From the NCBI RefSeq assembly GCF_001194135.2, contig NC_068988.1, positions 2,546,471-2,610,470 on the forward strand: a stretch of DNA of 64,000 nucleotides. The letters are read 5' to 3'. The notes under the pieces are model-generated. The model had not been told where the DNA came from. It searched no databases and saw only the letters and a program-made list of their open reading frames with translations. Source of the DNA: Octopus bimaculoides (Eukaryota). Each line of letters opens with the position of its first letter. The first letter of the stretch is position 1. This document shows positions 37,990 to 49,299 of this stretch, piece after piece. The position numbers were made by a program, and so were the translations under genes.

Positions 37990-38620
37990 GACCTCAGACG
38001 GTATTTTACCCAATATTCATGCAGTTCCAAGTTCCAAGACTTTTGCAATACATCTAGATTGCAGTAGGGTATTTCTAAAGTTTCCAGATGTTTCTTCAGC
38101 TTGGGTGATATTGAACCCAATGCTCCGATGACAATAGGGGCAACCTTTATGTTTGACTCTCATAGCTTCCACATCTTGGCAATCTCAATTCTCAGGTATC
38201 CATATTTATCAACCTTTTCTCCTTCTTTCATGATGATACGTTGATCTTTTGCCACAGCCACATCGATTATTAGGCACTCTTGTTTCTCCCACCTAAAGGT
38301 TACTATATCTAGCCTTCGGTACTCTAACACCTTGTCTGTCTGGAAATCAAAGTCCCAGAGGATTTTTGCTTTCCCCTTTTCGTCCATTACCTTTTCCAGT
38401 GTAAGCTGGTACCAAGCACCCTTTACCTTGTATCCATACTTCCAGCATAGTATCCAGTGAAGGTTTTGGGGCTACCTTGTGTCTGCATTTGTACTTTTTC
38501 TGCACAAAACTTCCACAAACACTAACAATGTGAATCATGCTTTCGACCCTCTTCCCACACATTCTGCAGAGGCTGGTTGCACTTGTGTGGTATATGTCCC
38601 TTTTCACTTCACAAAGCTGG
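37990..38620 (-). pseudogene. R4/Dong-like LINE C-terminus (CCHC finger plus restriction-like endonuclease), frameshifted
   Basis: CRMCGKRVESMIHIVSVC...YKCRH, then KILWDFDFQTDKVLEYRRLDIV...IIDVAVAKD...EKVDKYGYLRIEIAKMW, then KVAPIVIGALG. These are hallmark motifs of restriction-like-endonuclease LINEs. Confidence 0.85.
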
Positions 38621-38649
38621 GATTCAATGCCTGGTCTTCTTTTTTAGGT

Positions 38650-38768
38650 CACCTTGTTTTATTGACTCTGAAAGGAAGAACGGAAGAATCAACTTTGGCA
38701 GCATTTGAACTCAGAATGTGAAGTCAGCTGAGCATTTTCCCCTGGCACATTAAGGATTCTGCTGACTC
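38650..38768 (-). mobile_element. Partial SINE family B
   Basis: GAAAGG..GAA.GG.AGA.TCAACTTTGGCAGCATTTGAACTCAGAATG matches family B. Confidence 0.65.
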
Positions 38769-40000
38769 AGAGAGTTCTGCATATTAAAAACCACATTCAT
38801 TAAAGTCTTACAAATGTAAGATTTTGAGTTGGAAATTTTTGATTTCTTGAGATTAATTTTTAATGCAATCTGTAAAGAAAAATTCTGACTGAAAGTATTT
38901 AAAGTCTAAAACTGACAATAAAGGGAGATAACTGAAATAAAATCACGACTTGAAAATGTTTTTATTAGAAATGAAGACGTTGCAGATGTAAGCTTAGCTG
39001 AGTTTGTTGAAGTTTTTTTCCTCTTTCAACTCACTACTTTACAAATATGAAACTCTAGCAAGAGTAGCAATATTAACTGCAACAAATCAAGTTTATAAAG
39101 AGAAGAAAAAGAATTGCTTTGTCAATTGGATAAAGAATGAAGTCAGTGTAAAAATGTGTGCTATCTCAGATATTTAGCATGTTTCAATGGTTATCCTTGC
39201 TCTTTGAAGTAACTTATCAACATTTACTGTTAAATCTAAAAAGATTAACCAAGCTTTCATTTCTACATAATATCTTCTGTGATATTTTTTTCTCTCTTCC
39301 TCTGTTTGTCTTTCATTAATAAGATGAAATATTCTGTGCCACAAATAACAAAGAAAATGTTCTTGGTTTTCTTTTTGCATAAAAGACTACATTTATAAAT
39401 AATGAATTTTTAAAGAAAAAATATATATCCAAAATCAAGATAAAGATATTGGAAATTATATTTTAATTAAAACTCTTTCACTTTTAGTTTCCTTTGATTT
39501 ACAAAAGTAGATGCCAAGAAAATAAATGAATTGTTTTCTACATTTCAATTTGTTGTTGTTTTGTTGTTGTACTGATGTGGATTAATAAAGTACACATGTT
39601 CAGATATGTACATGCTGTTGTTGCAGTTGCTGTTGTTGTTGTTGTTGTTGTTGTTGCTGTTTCTGTTGTATGACGCAGTTGAGTTAGACATTCTCCAGAT
39701 AAGTTAATGCTTTGACTAATGCAGTAACTTATTTCAAAGTTCCGCTATTTCTATAAAAACTGTAAAATTTCATTCCATTTATTAAAGAGAAGTTGTTGCT
39801 ATTTTCAATATTTAGCCCTTGGAAAGCAGCAAAAGCTGGTAGAACCATTAGTCAAACATTGAAATCTATGTTTTATTAAACCTGATTGTTTAGTTACAGA
39901 TGTCTGCGGTATTTGTATGATCACCTAGACTACCCCTGGTTGTAACATCCAGTTCCAATTGTATGGATGGAGACCCACATGTTTGCACATTAAATAACTT

Positions 40001-40143
40001 TTTCTAATTTTGACATAAGGCCAGAAATTTTAAGGGGAGGGGCAAGTTGATTACATTGACTCCAATGCTCAGCAGGTACTTAATTTGTCGACCTTGAAAG
40101 GATGAAAAGCAAAGTCAATATCAGCTGAATTTGAACTTAGATC
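40001..40143 (-). mobile_element. SINE family B (3' part)
   Basis: Homologous to the adjacent copies. Confidence 0.75.
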
Positions 40144-40160
40144 TTAAAGCACCAAGAAAT

Positions 40161-40377
40161 ATTGGTTTCGAATTTGAGCACAAGGCCAGCAATTTTGGGG
40201 GTGGGGCAAATCGATTACATCGATTACCCCAGTGCACAGTTGGTACTTGTTTTATCAACTCTGAAAGGATGAAAGGCAAAGTCAACCTCGGCGGCATTTG
40301 AACTCAGAATGTAGGGGCAAACGAAATACTGCTAAGCATTTTGCCCAGCATGCTAGCGATTCTGCCAGCTCACTGCC

Positions 40378-40379
<2 letters not shown>
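40161..40379 (-). mobile_element. SINE family B (near full length)
   Basis: Minus-strand head AAGGCAGTGAGCTGGCAGAATCGCTAGCATGCTGGGCAAAATGCTTAGC, with B-box-like GAGTTCAAATGCC. Confidence 0.85.
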
Positions 40380-40410
<31 letters not shown>

Positions 40411-40665
40411 GAAATAGAAATAATCCATTTCTAAATCTCTCAGAGAGATTTATGCAGTAGCAGCATGATAAACTGATAGTATGTTGCCAACTTAATGGGA
40501 CAGTCCCATGAAAGGGAAGAATGCTACTATCATTTAGCACTAGGAAACATAAGGACACAGGAAATGTGTCAGGTCCAACAGGAAACACCGTTTCCTAGGG
40601 CTAAATAACAGTAACATTCTTCCTTTTTATGAGACTGTCACATTAAGTTGACAACATACTATCAC

Positions 40666-40703
<38 letters not shown>

Positions 40704-40713
40704 TAATAATAAT

Positions 40714-40930
40714 AATCCTTTCTACTATAGGTACACAGCCTGCATTTTGTGGGGAGGGGGAATGTTGAACACATCGACCCCAGCACTCAACTGGGACTTA
40801 ATTTATCAACCCCGAAAGGATAGAAGGCAAAATCGACCTTGGTGAAATTTGAACTCAGAACGTTGTGCCAGATGAAATACTGAAAAGCATTTTGCCCAGC
40901 ATGCTAATGATTCTTCCAGCTTGTCACCTT
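40714..40930 (-). mobile_element. SINE family B (near full length) with (ATT)n tail at 40666-40713
   Basis: Homology to the other copies. The minus-strand end reads TAGTAGAAAGGATTATTATT. Confidence 0.85.
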
Positions 40931-41010
40931 AAGAGTTTGAACTAAGAACTGTAAGCATTTGCCTGTAAGCATTTGCCCATCTTGCTAACAATTAAAAAAG
41001 CAGGAAAAAA

Positions 41011-41225
41011 ATATTGATTTGAAATTTTGGTGCGAGGCCAGCTGTTTTAAGGGGAGGGGATAAGTTGCTTACATCAACCACCAGTACTCAGCTGGTATTT
41101 ATTTTATCGACTCCAAAATTATGAAAGACAAAGTCAACGTCAGCAGAATTTGAACTCAGAACATAAGGACTGACGAGATGCTACTTAGCCTTTTGTCTGA
41201 CACGCAAACAATTCTGCCAGCTTAC
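41011..41225 (-). mobile_element. SINE family B
   Basis: Homology to the other copies. Confidence 0.8.
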
Positions 41226-41779
41226 TTTCCTCTGCACCTTAAATAACAGAAACATTACATGTGTATGCAGTGGCGAATCAGTTCAAAAATTAGTTCCAAC
41301 TTGTAAATTAGACCCCCATCATATCAAATTAGTCCAAATTCCCAAATTAATCCAAGTTTACTTGTTGGTTCAATTGCTGTCATTGGTTTCGGTTTCCTCA
41401 AAGCAATTCTCATGCTTGAAGCAAGTTTCAAAAGTGCAAAAACATTATTCAGAATATACTTTTTCAGATCTCATCCAACTGATACAAACTAAATTACAAG
41501 AAGAAAATTAACTAACGAATTAATTTATGTCTAATTTTAGAGATTTAAAAAAAATTCTCTTTTATTTTATTTTATTTTATTTTATTTTTTTGAAGTGAGA
41601 GTTCTTTTGAGTATCTTCTACACGTTTCCATTGGACTCAACATTAAACTAATTATTTGAAAACTAATTCACAGATTCCTTCGTAACTCTCCAACCTTGTG
41701 ACTAATCATGCTGCTTTCATTCTTAATTTGACTTTTCTAAGAAATACTGATTGACTTCATCACTGTTGTCTTGTCAATT

Positions 41780-41811
<32 letters not shown>

Positions 41812-42178
41812 CATTGTTGTTGTTGTTGTTAGTCCTTTGTGCAGCAGATAAAGGGCTTCAATCACCTTCTATTTTAATGCTGCTTTTCGCAGTGTCAGTT
41901 TTGTTATTCATTATCAAAATCCCGCCAAAACTCTTTTATACTTTCTCATTGCTTTGTCTCAAGTTAAATCATCATAAGGTTCTTCACGATAACCATCATC
42001 ATTATCTCATCTCCCATAACAGACATCATCAACATCCAATTCTTGTAAGCGCCAACATCCTCATCGCCTCCAACCCTTTCGCCATCACCGTTACCATCGA
42101 AACTTATAAGAAAACCAGTTCTATTGATATCATTGCCAACGCTATCACCAACACTGTAGCTCTCACATGACCAACTAT

Positions 42179-42248
<70 letters not shown>
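42179..42248. repeat. (AAC)n microsatellite, followed by a (CAT)n tract near 42310-42370
   Basis: Directly visible. Confidence 0.95.
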
Positions 42249-42720
42249 GTAGTATTAGTCTTCTTTGTTGTTTCATTAATTCCCTTGTTGCTGTATTTGT
42301 TATCAGACCATCATCATCATCATCATTGTCATCATCATCATCATCGTCATCATCATCATCGTCATCATCATCGCTATTAAACTTTTTCTGTTCCTCTTTG
42401 CCTTCCTTCATCATTATCATCATCCTCATCGCTAGCATGAAGATACAGATGTTGTTGGTGGTGGTCAAATATGGATGAAACTGAAAGTGGCTTAAGCAAT
42501 GATGCAGTTTTGCCAGTGTAGAAGATGAAAGATAGACTGATAAGCAAACATTACCATGAATCAGGTTTGCCTTATCACAACCTTTACATCTATAAAACAA
42601 GCAAGAAAATGGGACCAAACCATAACAAGGCACTAAAGGATTCATGGAAAATTCTTGTATTTTAATATTTTACTTTATTTGGGTTTTTTTCCCCTTATCA
42701 AACTACTTTCCTTTGCCGGA

Positions 42721-42723
<3 letters not shown>

Positions 42724-42795
<72 letters not shown>
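42724..42795. repeat. (CT)n microsatellite
   Basis: Directly visible. Confidence 0.95.
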
Positions 42796-42799
<4 letters not shown>

Positions 42800-43536
42800 G
42801 CTTTATCTCTTTATTGTTTCCATTCTTTTATAATAAAAATGCTTTATTGCAGAAAAGGATGTCAGAATATGTAGAATTCTTCAATATGGTATTTTATAAT
42901 CATGAGATCTTCTCTTAAAAGACAGCAACAAATTTGTCAAGATTTTGCTGCTTTCTGAAGTAAATTGGGTGACTTTTGACATCAAGAAGATGATCGTTGT
43001 GGTGGTCATGGTTGAAATGGTGCTTCTGAGGATCAAAGATGTTGGTGGTAGTGTATTTATGGAGAGTCATTGGATGGTGCTTCTACAGGTAAAAGATGAT
43101 GGTAAAGACAATTATAGTTTATTATGTTATGGCTTATTATGATGATGATGGTGATGATGTTTTGCATGAATTCAAATATTGATGATTAAAAAAGAAAAAA
43201 AAAGTCACTCCTGATCTTAAAAGGACAAAACTATTGAACTAACAATCTGTTACACTTGATCTCCTATGAGTGATTTATTGCAAATAGAGAATCCCAGAGA
43301 GATTAATGTTTCCTTGTAGAGGATGACAGATTATTGAAGGAGACACTTCTGGGACCTATTTTTGATCATGAAATGAGTTGAGACAATGAAATAAAAGTTC
43401 ACCATCTTAAATATGGCACCACTAACTTAACCTTTGTTTTAATATGAAATTTGTGAGTAACTTATTCTCTAAAATAGGGATCAGTAACTTCTTTTTATGA
43501 CTGCCCATCCATGGTCCATATACGTATCATATTTCA

Positions 43537-43698
43537 GGTGCAGGCATGGCTGTGTGGTAAGAAGCTTGCTTCCCAATGACATAGCTCTGAGTTCATTCCC
43601 ACTGTGTGGAACCTTGGGCAAATGCTTTCTACTATAGCCTTGGGCTGACCAAAGTCTTGTGAGTGGATCTGCAAGATAGAAACTGAAAGAAGCCCATC
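43537..43698 (+). mobile_element. tRNA-derived SINE, family A
   Basis: GGTGCAGGCATGGCTGTGTGGTAAGAAGCTTGCTTCCC...GAAACTGAAAGAAGCCCATC. Confidence 0.85.
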
Positions 43699-44070
43699 AC
43701 ACATGCACACACATGAATAATTCAACTAACCTTATTCTTAATTTGACTTTTAATGGCCCAAGAGTTGAGGTTCTGGGTTCGTGGTCATAAGATCCTGGTT
43801 TCAGTTCCTGGATGGAGCTATACTTTGTGTCCTTGAGTGTTCATTGCTGCAGTTTACTCAGCTGAAAATGAATACCAGCTGAGTATTGAGGGGACTTTGC
43901 TCTCCCTTCAGTTGTCACATTCTCAGTGCTCTGCTGGGTGAAGGGAGGGAGAGCCAAGAAGGTGTCTATATTTGTTCATGACTACAAAGGCAGCCAAAAC
44001 ACCGAGCAAAATGTACCTGGGCATACACTCTTGGGAGTGATGCGGATGTTCTTTTTGCTCTTACTTTACA

Positions 44071-44418
44071 TAAATTGGTTTCAAATTTTGGCACAGGGCC
44101 AGAGATTTTGTGGGAGGGCATAAATCAATTACATCACCCCCCCCCCCAGTATATCACTGGTAGTTATTTTATCAACCCTGAAAGGATGAAAAGCAAAGTT
44201 GATCTCAGTGGAATTTGAACTCAGAATGTAAAGATAAAAGAAATGCCATAAAGCATTTCGTCCAGTGTTCTAATGATTCTGCCAGCTTCCTGCTGCCTTG
44301 ATTATACAAAATATATTGATTTTGAATTTTGGCTCAACGCCAGCAGTTTTTGAGGGGAGGGGACAAGTTGACTCCATCAACCCCAGTGCTCAGCTGGTAC
44401 TTATTTTATTGGCCCCTA
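44071..44418 (-). mobile_element. Two adjacent SINE family B copies (44071-44299 and partial 44313-44418)
   Basis: Homology to the other copies. Confidence 0.8.
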
Positions 44419-44527
44419 AATATTAATATCAGTGTACTTAATATACTATAAAATAATTTTTTTCCAGAAGCATAAGGCACTCACCAGAGATTTGAACTTT
44501 TTTGGACCCCCAAGGGTCACCTGGATC

Positions 44528-44688
44528 CACTAGCATAGCTAGAGGTGCAGTAGGGGTGGTCCACCCTGGGAAGCACTTTTCATCCTGTTGCAAGTTACTG
44601 CTATAGGCAATATGCATTTTTTTGTGGGATTCGGGGTCAGGAAATGGAAGGACTGCCCTGGTCAGCACACACTCTAGCTACGCCAGTG
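44528..44688. mobile_element. 161-bp hAT-type MITE
   Basis: TIRs CACTAGCATAGCTAG and CTAGCTACGCCAGTG (13/15 complementary). The 8-bp flanks CCTGGATC and CCTGAACT match at 5/8, consistent with a decayed 8-bp target duplication. Confidence 0.6.
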
Positions 44689-45560
44689 CCTGAACTGTGT
44701 TTAAGAACCAGTCCTCTAGATAAATAAGAAAGTGCTGCCACAAAGGAAATGGTTTTGGCTATTGAATTTTGGTTTTGCCAGTCAGGTGCTGACTTGAAGC
44801 TACCTGCAGCAGCAGCAACAATAACAACAACAACAATAACAACAATTAAATTTAGGCTATCCAGGTTAATTAAGTCCTAATGTTTAGAAATATATATTCA
44901 AATCTAAATCAGAGAAAAGGGTCTGATTGTGTTACTACTAAACGAGACCCTGCTAAATTTGAACTTGCATCAAAAAGGTTGCCAGTCTGGCATTTTATCT
45001 ATTGCGGTCATGATCCCTAAATTTATTTTAAAGCAACACTAAACACGTGTCCTTATACGGAAAGCAGAATGGCATCGGAGAGGTTAAACTGTTTATAACA
45101 ATGCCAGGAAATTCTACAAACTGTTGGTCTGAGAGTGGCAAAGATTAAGTGGTGTGGCTGTGACGGATTCGATAAATTTTCTACTGAAAAGAAAAGGTGA
45201 ATGGAAAAGTGAAGATGAGATGAAAGGTAAACGAAGCTGAACAGCTTCCTGAACGACCAGCATTAACAATATGAAGAGTCAACTGAGTTTACTGTTTACT
45301 GTAATAGCAGATCAAAGTTGGTCAGATCACAACCTTTCTATCTCTCTCTCTCTCTCTCTCTCTCTTTCCTCATCTTTGACATCTCTTACCATACCCCTCT
45401 TTCACACCCAGCTCTCCTTCTTTTCTCCTCCCTCCTTCTTTTCTCCTCCCTCCTTCTCTATCTTCATTTCTTTTCTAAGTTGTCTTTTCTTTCTCTATAT
45501 CTGTTACTCTTTCACAATGACTACTTTTCTCTCTGATTGATGCTAACACACACACACACA

Positions 45561-45610
<50 letters not shown>

Positions 45611-45892
45611 TCAGTCCTCGTCCTAATCATTTTCCCTTGTGTCTGCCTATCCTTCTCTCATTTATATCAGTCTTTCAGTCTCTCTCTTTTTTTCCCTATC
45701 ACTATGTTTATATCGTTTGTCACCTCAAATCTTGCTGTTTTTCTTCTTCCATTATAATCTCTCAGCCTTTCTCTCTAACATGTTGCTGCTCTCTCTTTCT
45801 CAGAATCTATCCATCTGTTTATCTATCTGTCTGTCTGTCCAACTCTCTATCTACCTTTCTATCTAATCTATCTGTTTTGTCTGTCTGTCTAT

Positions 45893-45938
<46 letters not shown>

Positions 45939-46075
45939 GTCTGTCTGTCTATCTGTCTGTCTGTCTGCCTGCCTGCCTGCCTGCCTGTCTGTCTGTCTGT
46001 CTGTCTGTCTTTCTGTCCGTCCGTCCGTCCGTCCGTCCGTCCATCCGTCCGTCCGTCCGTCTGTCTGCCTGTCTG

Positions 46076-46107
<32 letters not shown>

Positions 46108-46108
<1 letters not shown>

Positions 46109-47036
46109 TGATAGGGGATTAGTGGAGGGGAGGTACGACAACGATCTAGGGGCGAACCTGGGCATCGACAAGTAATACCTGACCCGCTTGTTCAAGACGA
46201 CTTTCAGGTCAGGACCTATGGACAACTTCCAGAGATCCCTGGCCTGGAAGTGCTACAGAGAAGTGCTACCCATTCGGGATAAGCTCTACAGACATGGCTT
46301 GAGAAACACAGGGCCGACCTGTTCGAGATGTGGTCAGAGCGATGAACCCATTCTGCATGCACTCATGCAGTGTCCAACCATTTCCGAACTGTGGGCTAAT
46401 TTCGAACGACTGCTGTCATGTGTGGGACGAGTTGGATTATCAACCGAGTCTTTCGTCAATATCGTCACGCCTCCTTCCTTCAAATGCAAAGGAAGAGCTG
46501 TTTTTATCATACTTGTGGCTATGGCGAAAGAATGTATCTGGTGGACACATCTGAAAGGATTAGAGACAAACACTTTCCTCTCTGGTCAATCTCTCATCAA
46601 CTTTTTCAATTATCACTTGAAGAAGAAGTTGAGAGTAGAGAGGCAAGTTTTGTCTAGCAAATGTTTCAAAAAAAGATGGGTGAATGTAGCAAGGATGGCA
46701 CGTATGAATGACAAAGCCACCTTGAACATTATCCTATGAACCGGACAAAGAATTTAAAACAGTGAGTTACTTACTTGTAAATAAATGTCTTAAATGTAAC
46801 ATTATTGCTTGAGGTTACCATGGTCTTTTTGTAGGTTTTTCTTTCCAGGAATAAACATCCCCAACATTTCGTATTATTAAAAATTTTTTTTTGTATATAT
46901 CCCAAACGATTTCGATTCCTAGTTTTGTCCCTACATTTGTTTTTTTTTTACTTTGTTTTTGCCCCCCTCAAAAAGAAAAAACTCTACATTGTATTTGTCC
47001 CCTCTGTGTTCAGCCCTGTGTGGCCAATAAAGAAAG
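46108..47036 (+). mobile_element. 5'-truncated Tx1/L1-clade LINE 3' end inserted in a (TCTA)n array
   Basis: Contains the zf-RVT-like ORF and a 3' UTR ending AATAAAGAAAG. Both flanks (45885-46107 and 47038-47247) are (TCTA)n-rich. Confidence 0.8.
46188..46739 (+). pseudogene. LINE ORF2 C-terminal zinc-binding (zf-RVT-like) region
   Basis: AWKCYREVLPIRDKLYRHG...TCSRCGQSDEPILHALMQCPTISELW fits the W-x6-LP...C-x2-C...H-x4-C-x6-W pattern of L1/Tx1 elements. There is an in-frame stop just upstream (46173-46175). Confidence 0.85.
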
Positions 47037-47131
47037 TTATCTATCTATCGATCGATCTATCATCTATCCATCTACCTATTTATCTTTCTACCTAATCTAG
47101 CTCTCTATCTATCTAGCTATCTGTCTATCTG

Positions 47132-47173
<42 letters not shown>

Positions 47174-47186
47174 CATCTATCTATCC

Positions 47187-47246
<60 letters not shown>

Positions 47247-47541
47247 CTTTATGTATAATCTCCACTCAACCCCAATTTTGTATCCCTAACTTACAAGTCT
47301 CCTTCTTCCTCAGTATTAATGAATCAATAAGGGATTTCCTTCTTCTCAAGAATGGCTAAACTTCACTTCCTTTTCATTGCCAATTTATTCAGGAAATTTA
47401 GTGAACCATGGCAACGCTTCTATTCAGCATAGTTAGTTCCTCTGAAACTAATTTCAAGAAATCAGCAGAATTCATTACCATGAAAAGCAGGAATACATGT
47501 ATGCACACGCACCCATACACACACATGCACACACACACATG

Positions 47542-47575
<34 letters not shown>

Positions 47576-47708
47576 CATGTAATGATGTAGATGCAGGTAT
47601 ACTCTCTCTGTCTACATTGTTCACATTAGCGTCAACATTTTAACTATTTTCTGTATTGTCATTTATACATACATACATACATGTATTCATTATTATTTAT
47701 CAATATAT

Positions 47709-47827
47709 GGTGTGGCTGTGTGGTAAGAAGCTTGCTTCCCAACCACATTGTTCTGGGTTCAGTCTCACTGCATGGTACCTTGGGCAAGTGTCTTCTACTA
47801 TAGCCTCGGGCCAACCAGAGCCTTGTG
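47709..47827 (+). mobile_element. tRNA-derived SINE, family A (5' part)
   Basis: Homologous to 43537-43698. Confidence 0.85.
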
Positions 47828-48887
47828 CATGGATATGTGCCATCGGCATGGGAGCCAGTCAGGGGGCACTGACCCCAGCTAAGATATTGGTTTCACTTGA
47901 CTCAACAGGTCTTCTCAAGCATATCATATTGCCTGACACATCAGGAGTATTCTTAACAGGGCTGGACGTGTGTAGCTGCGATCTCATATACATATATCCC
48001 ATATCTTTATCTACCTGTCTGTCTGTCTATATATATGCATATATACATTATTTGTTAAAGTTATCTCTACGGATATTCTATAAAAATTACAGCTAGCACT
48101 GATTTTTGTTACTATGTTTTGTATACGAGATGTCAGATATAAACAAACAATGAGTGCTGACTCATAGAATATTTCTATAGAATATCTGTAGAAATAACCT
48201 TAACGGATGATGAAAAAGTGCACTTCTAACACAGTAGAATGCATTATTGCCTAATGAAAACATTCAATATACTTCATAGTATATTATGGTTGCATAACAA
48301 AATACCACGTACCTACAAGTCATTAATGTCTGTGTGTATGTACATACACACTTTTTTCAAACACTTGCAGATGCAAGTGCAGCCAGTTGAAAGCTGTGCA
48401 TACTGGATGCTAGCAAGTGCATGGGGTCGTCAGGAGAGAATATAAACATTATCAACCACACATACTTAACACACATTCCTTGTGTATTTGCTGGCAGGTT
48501 GCAATTTGGTGGAGATAATTCTCTCAAAGCACCAGGCATTAAGACACCTGGATATGAGACACAGGTAAGACAGTTCATCTCAGATCCCATTCAAGAGTTT
48601 CATTGATGTTTTGCCATTTTTGCAGCTTATCAAGATCACATACCTGAAGCAAATCAGAGTTTAATAGACCACCAGTGCATGACTTATATGTTTATAGTAT
48701 GAAAACTATATGCTGGTATGCCTGGACAATGCATACATAAGTATAAATTCAGATATGAAATAGAAGTAACATATACAAATATGTGTACAAATGTATATAA
48801 ATGTGTACACTTATACTAAAATTGTATGTGCTTGCACAAACAAATCATAAAGCTAATCAATGATTTAGTTTGAAGCATTTAAATATG

Positions 48888-48927
48888 GCGTCCGTTTCTG
48901 ATAACATATCATAACTCAACAGAATAC
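48888..48927 (-). ncRNA. Decayed hammerhead-like motif 3' of the PLE remnant
   Basis: Minus strand: GTATT CTGTTGA GTTAT GATATGTT ATCA GAAA CGGACG CC. One change restores CUGAUGA, and CGGACG is one change from the palindrome CGGCCG. Helix I is poorly preserved. Confidence 0.35.
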
Positions 48928-49299
48928 TAAATAATCATTGGGTCATAAACAAAACACTTTGATATAATTATCAGTGTTATATATGAATTTTAAGTGTTGT
49001 ATTGGGGATTTGAAAATGTGGTGAGGATTATAACTCATCACATGTTAATAGTTACTGTAAGGATTAGTTGGATTAGCTAAAAATAAGGAGAAGGGCTTAA
49101 ATATTGTGAAGGGTTTGTCAATTGGGTAGGTTGCTGTTTGTTAGGGGAAAGTTAATAATTAGAAGTTAAGGAAGTAGCAATGAGTGTGTTGTGATGCAGT
49201 ATAGTGAGTAACCAACAGAGATGGATGGTATAAAGGATAAAGATTACAGAGGTAGAAGTGATTCATACTAGATTAAAATCGAAGAGGGAAATAGTGAGA

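Noticed and set aside
41751-42170. 139-aa ORF with a hydrophobic, signal-peptide-like start
   Set aside because: The hydrophobic run comes from (ATT/GTT)n and the rest from decayed (CAT)n. There is no domain or splice support.
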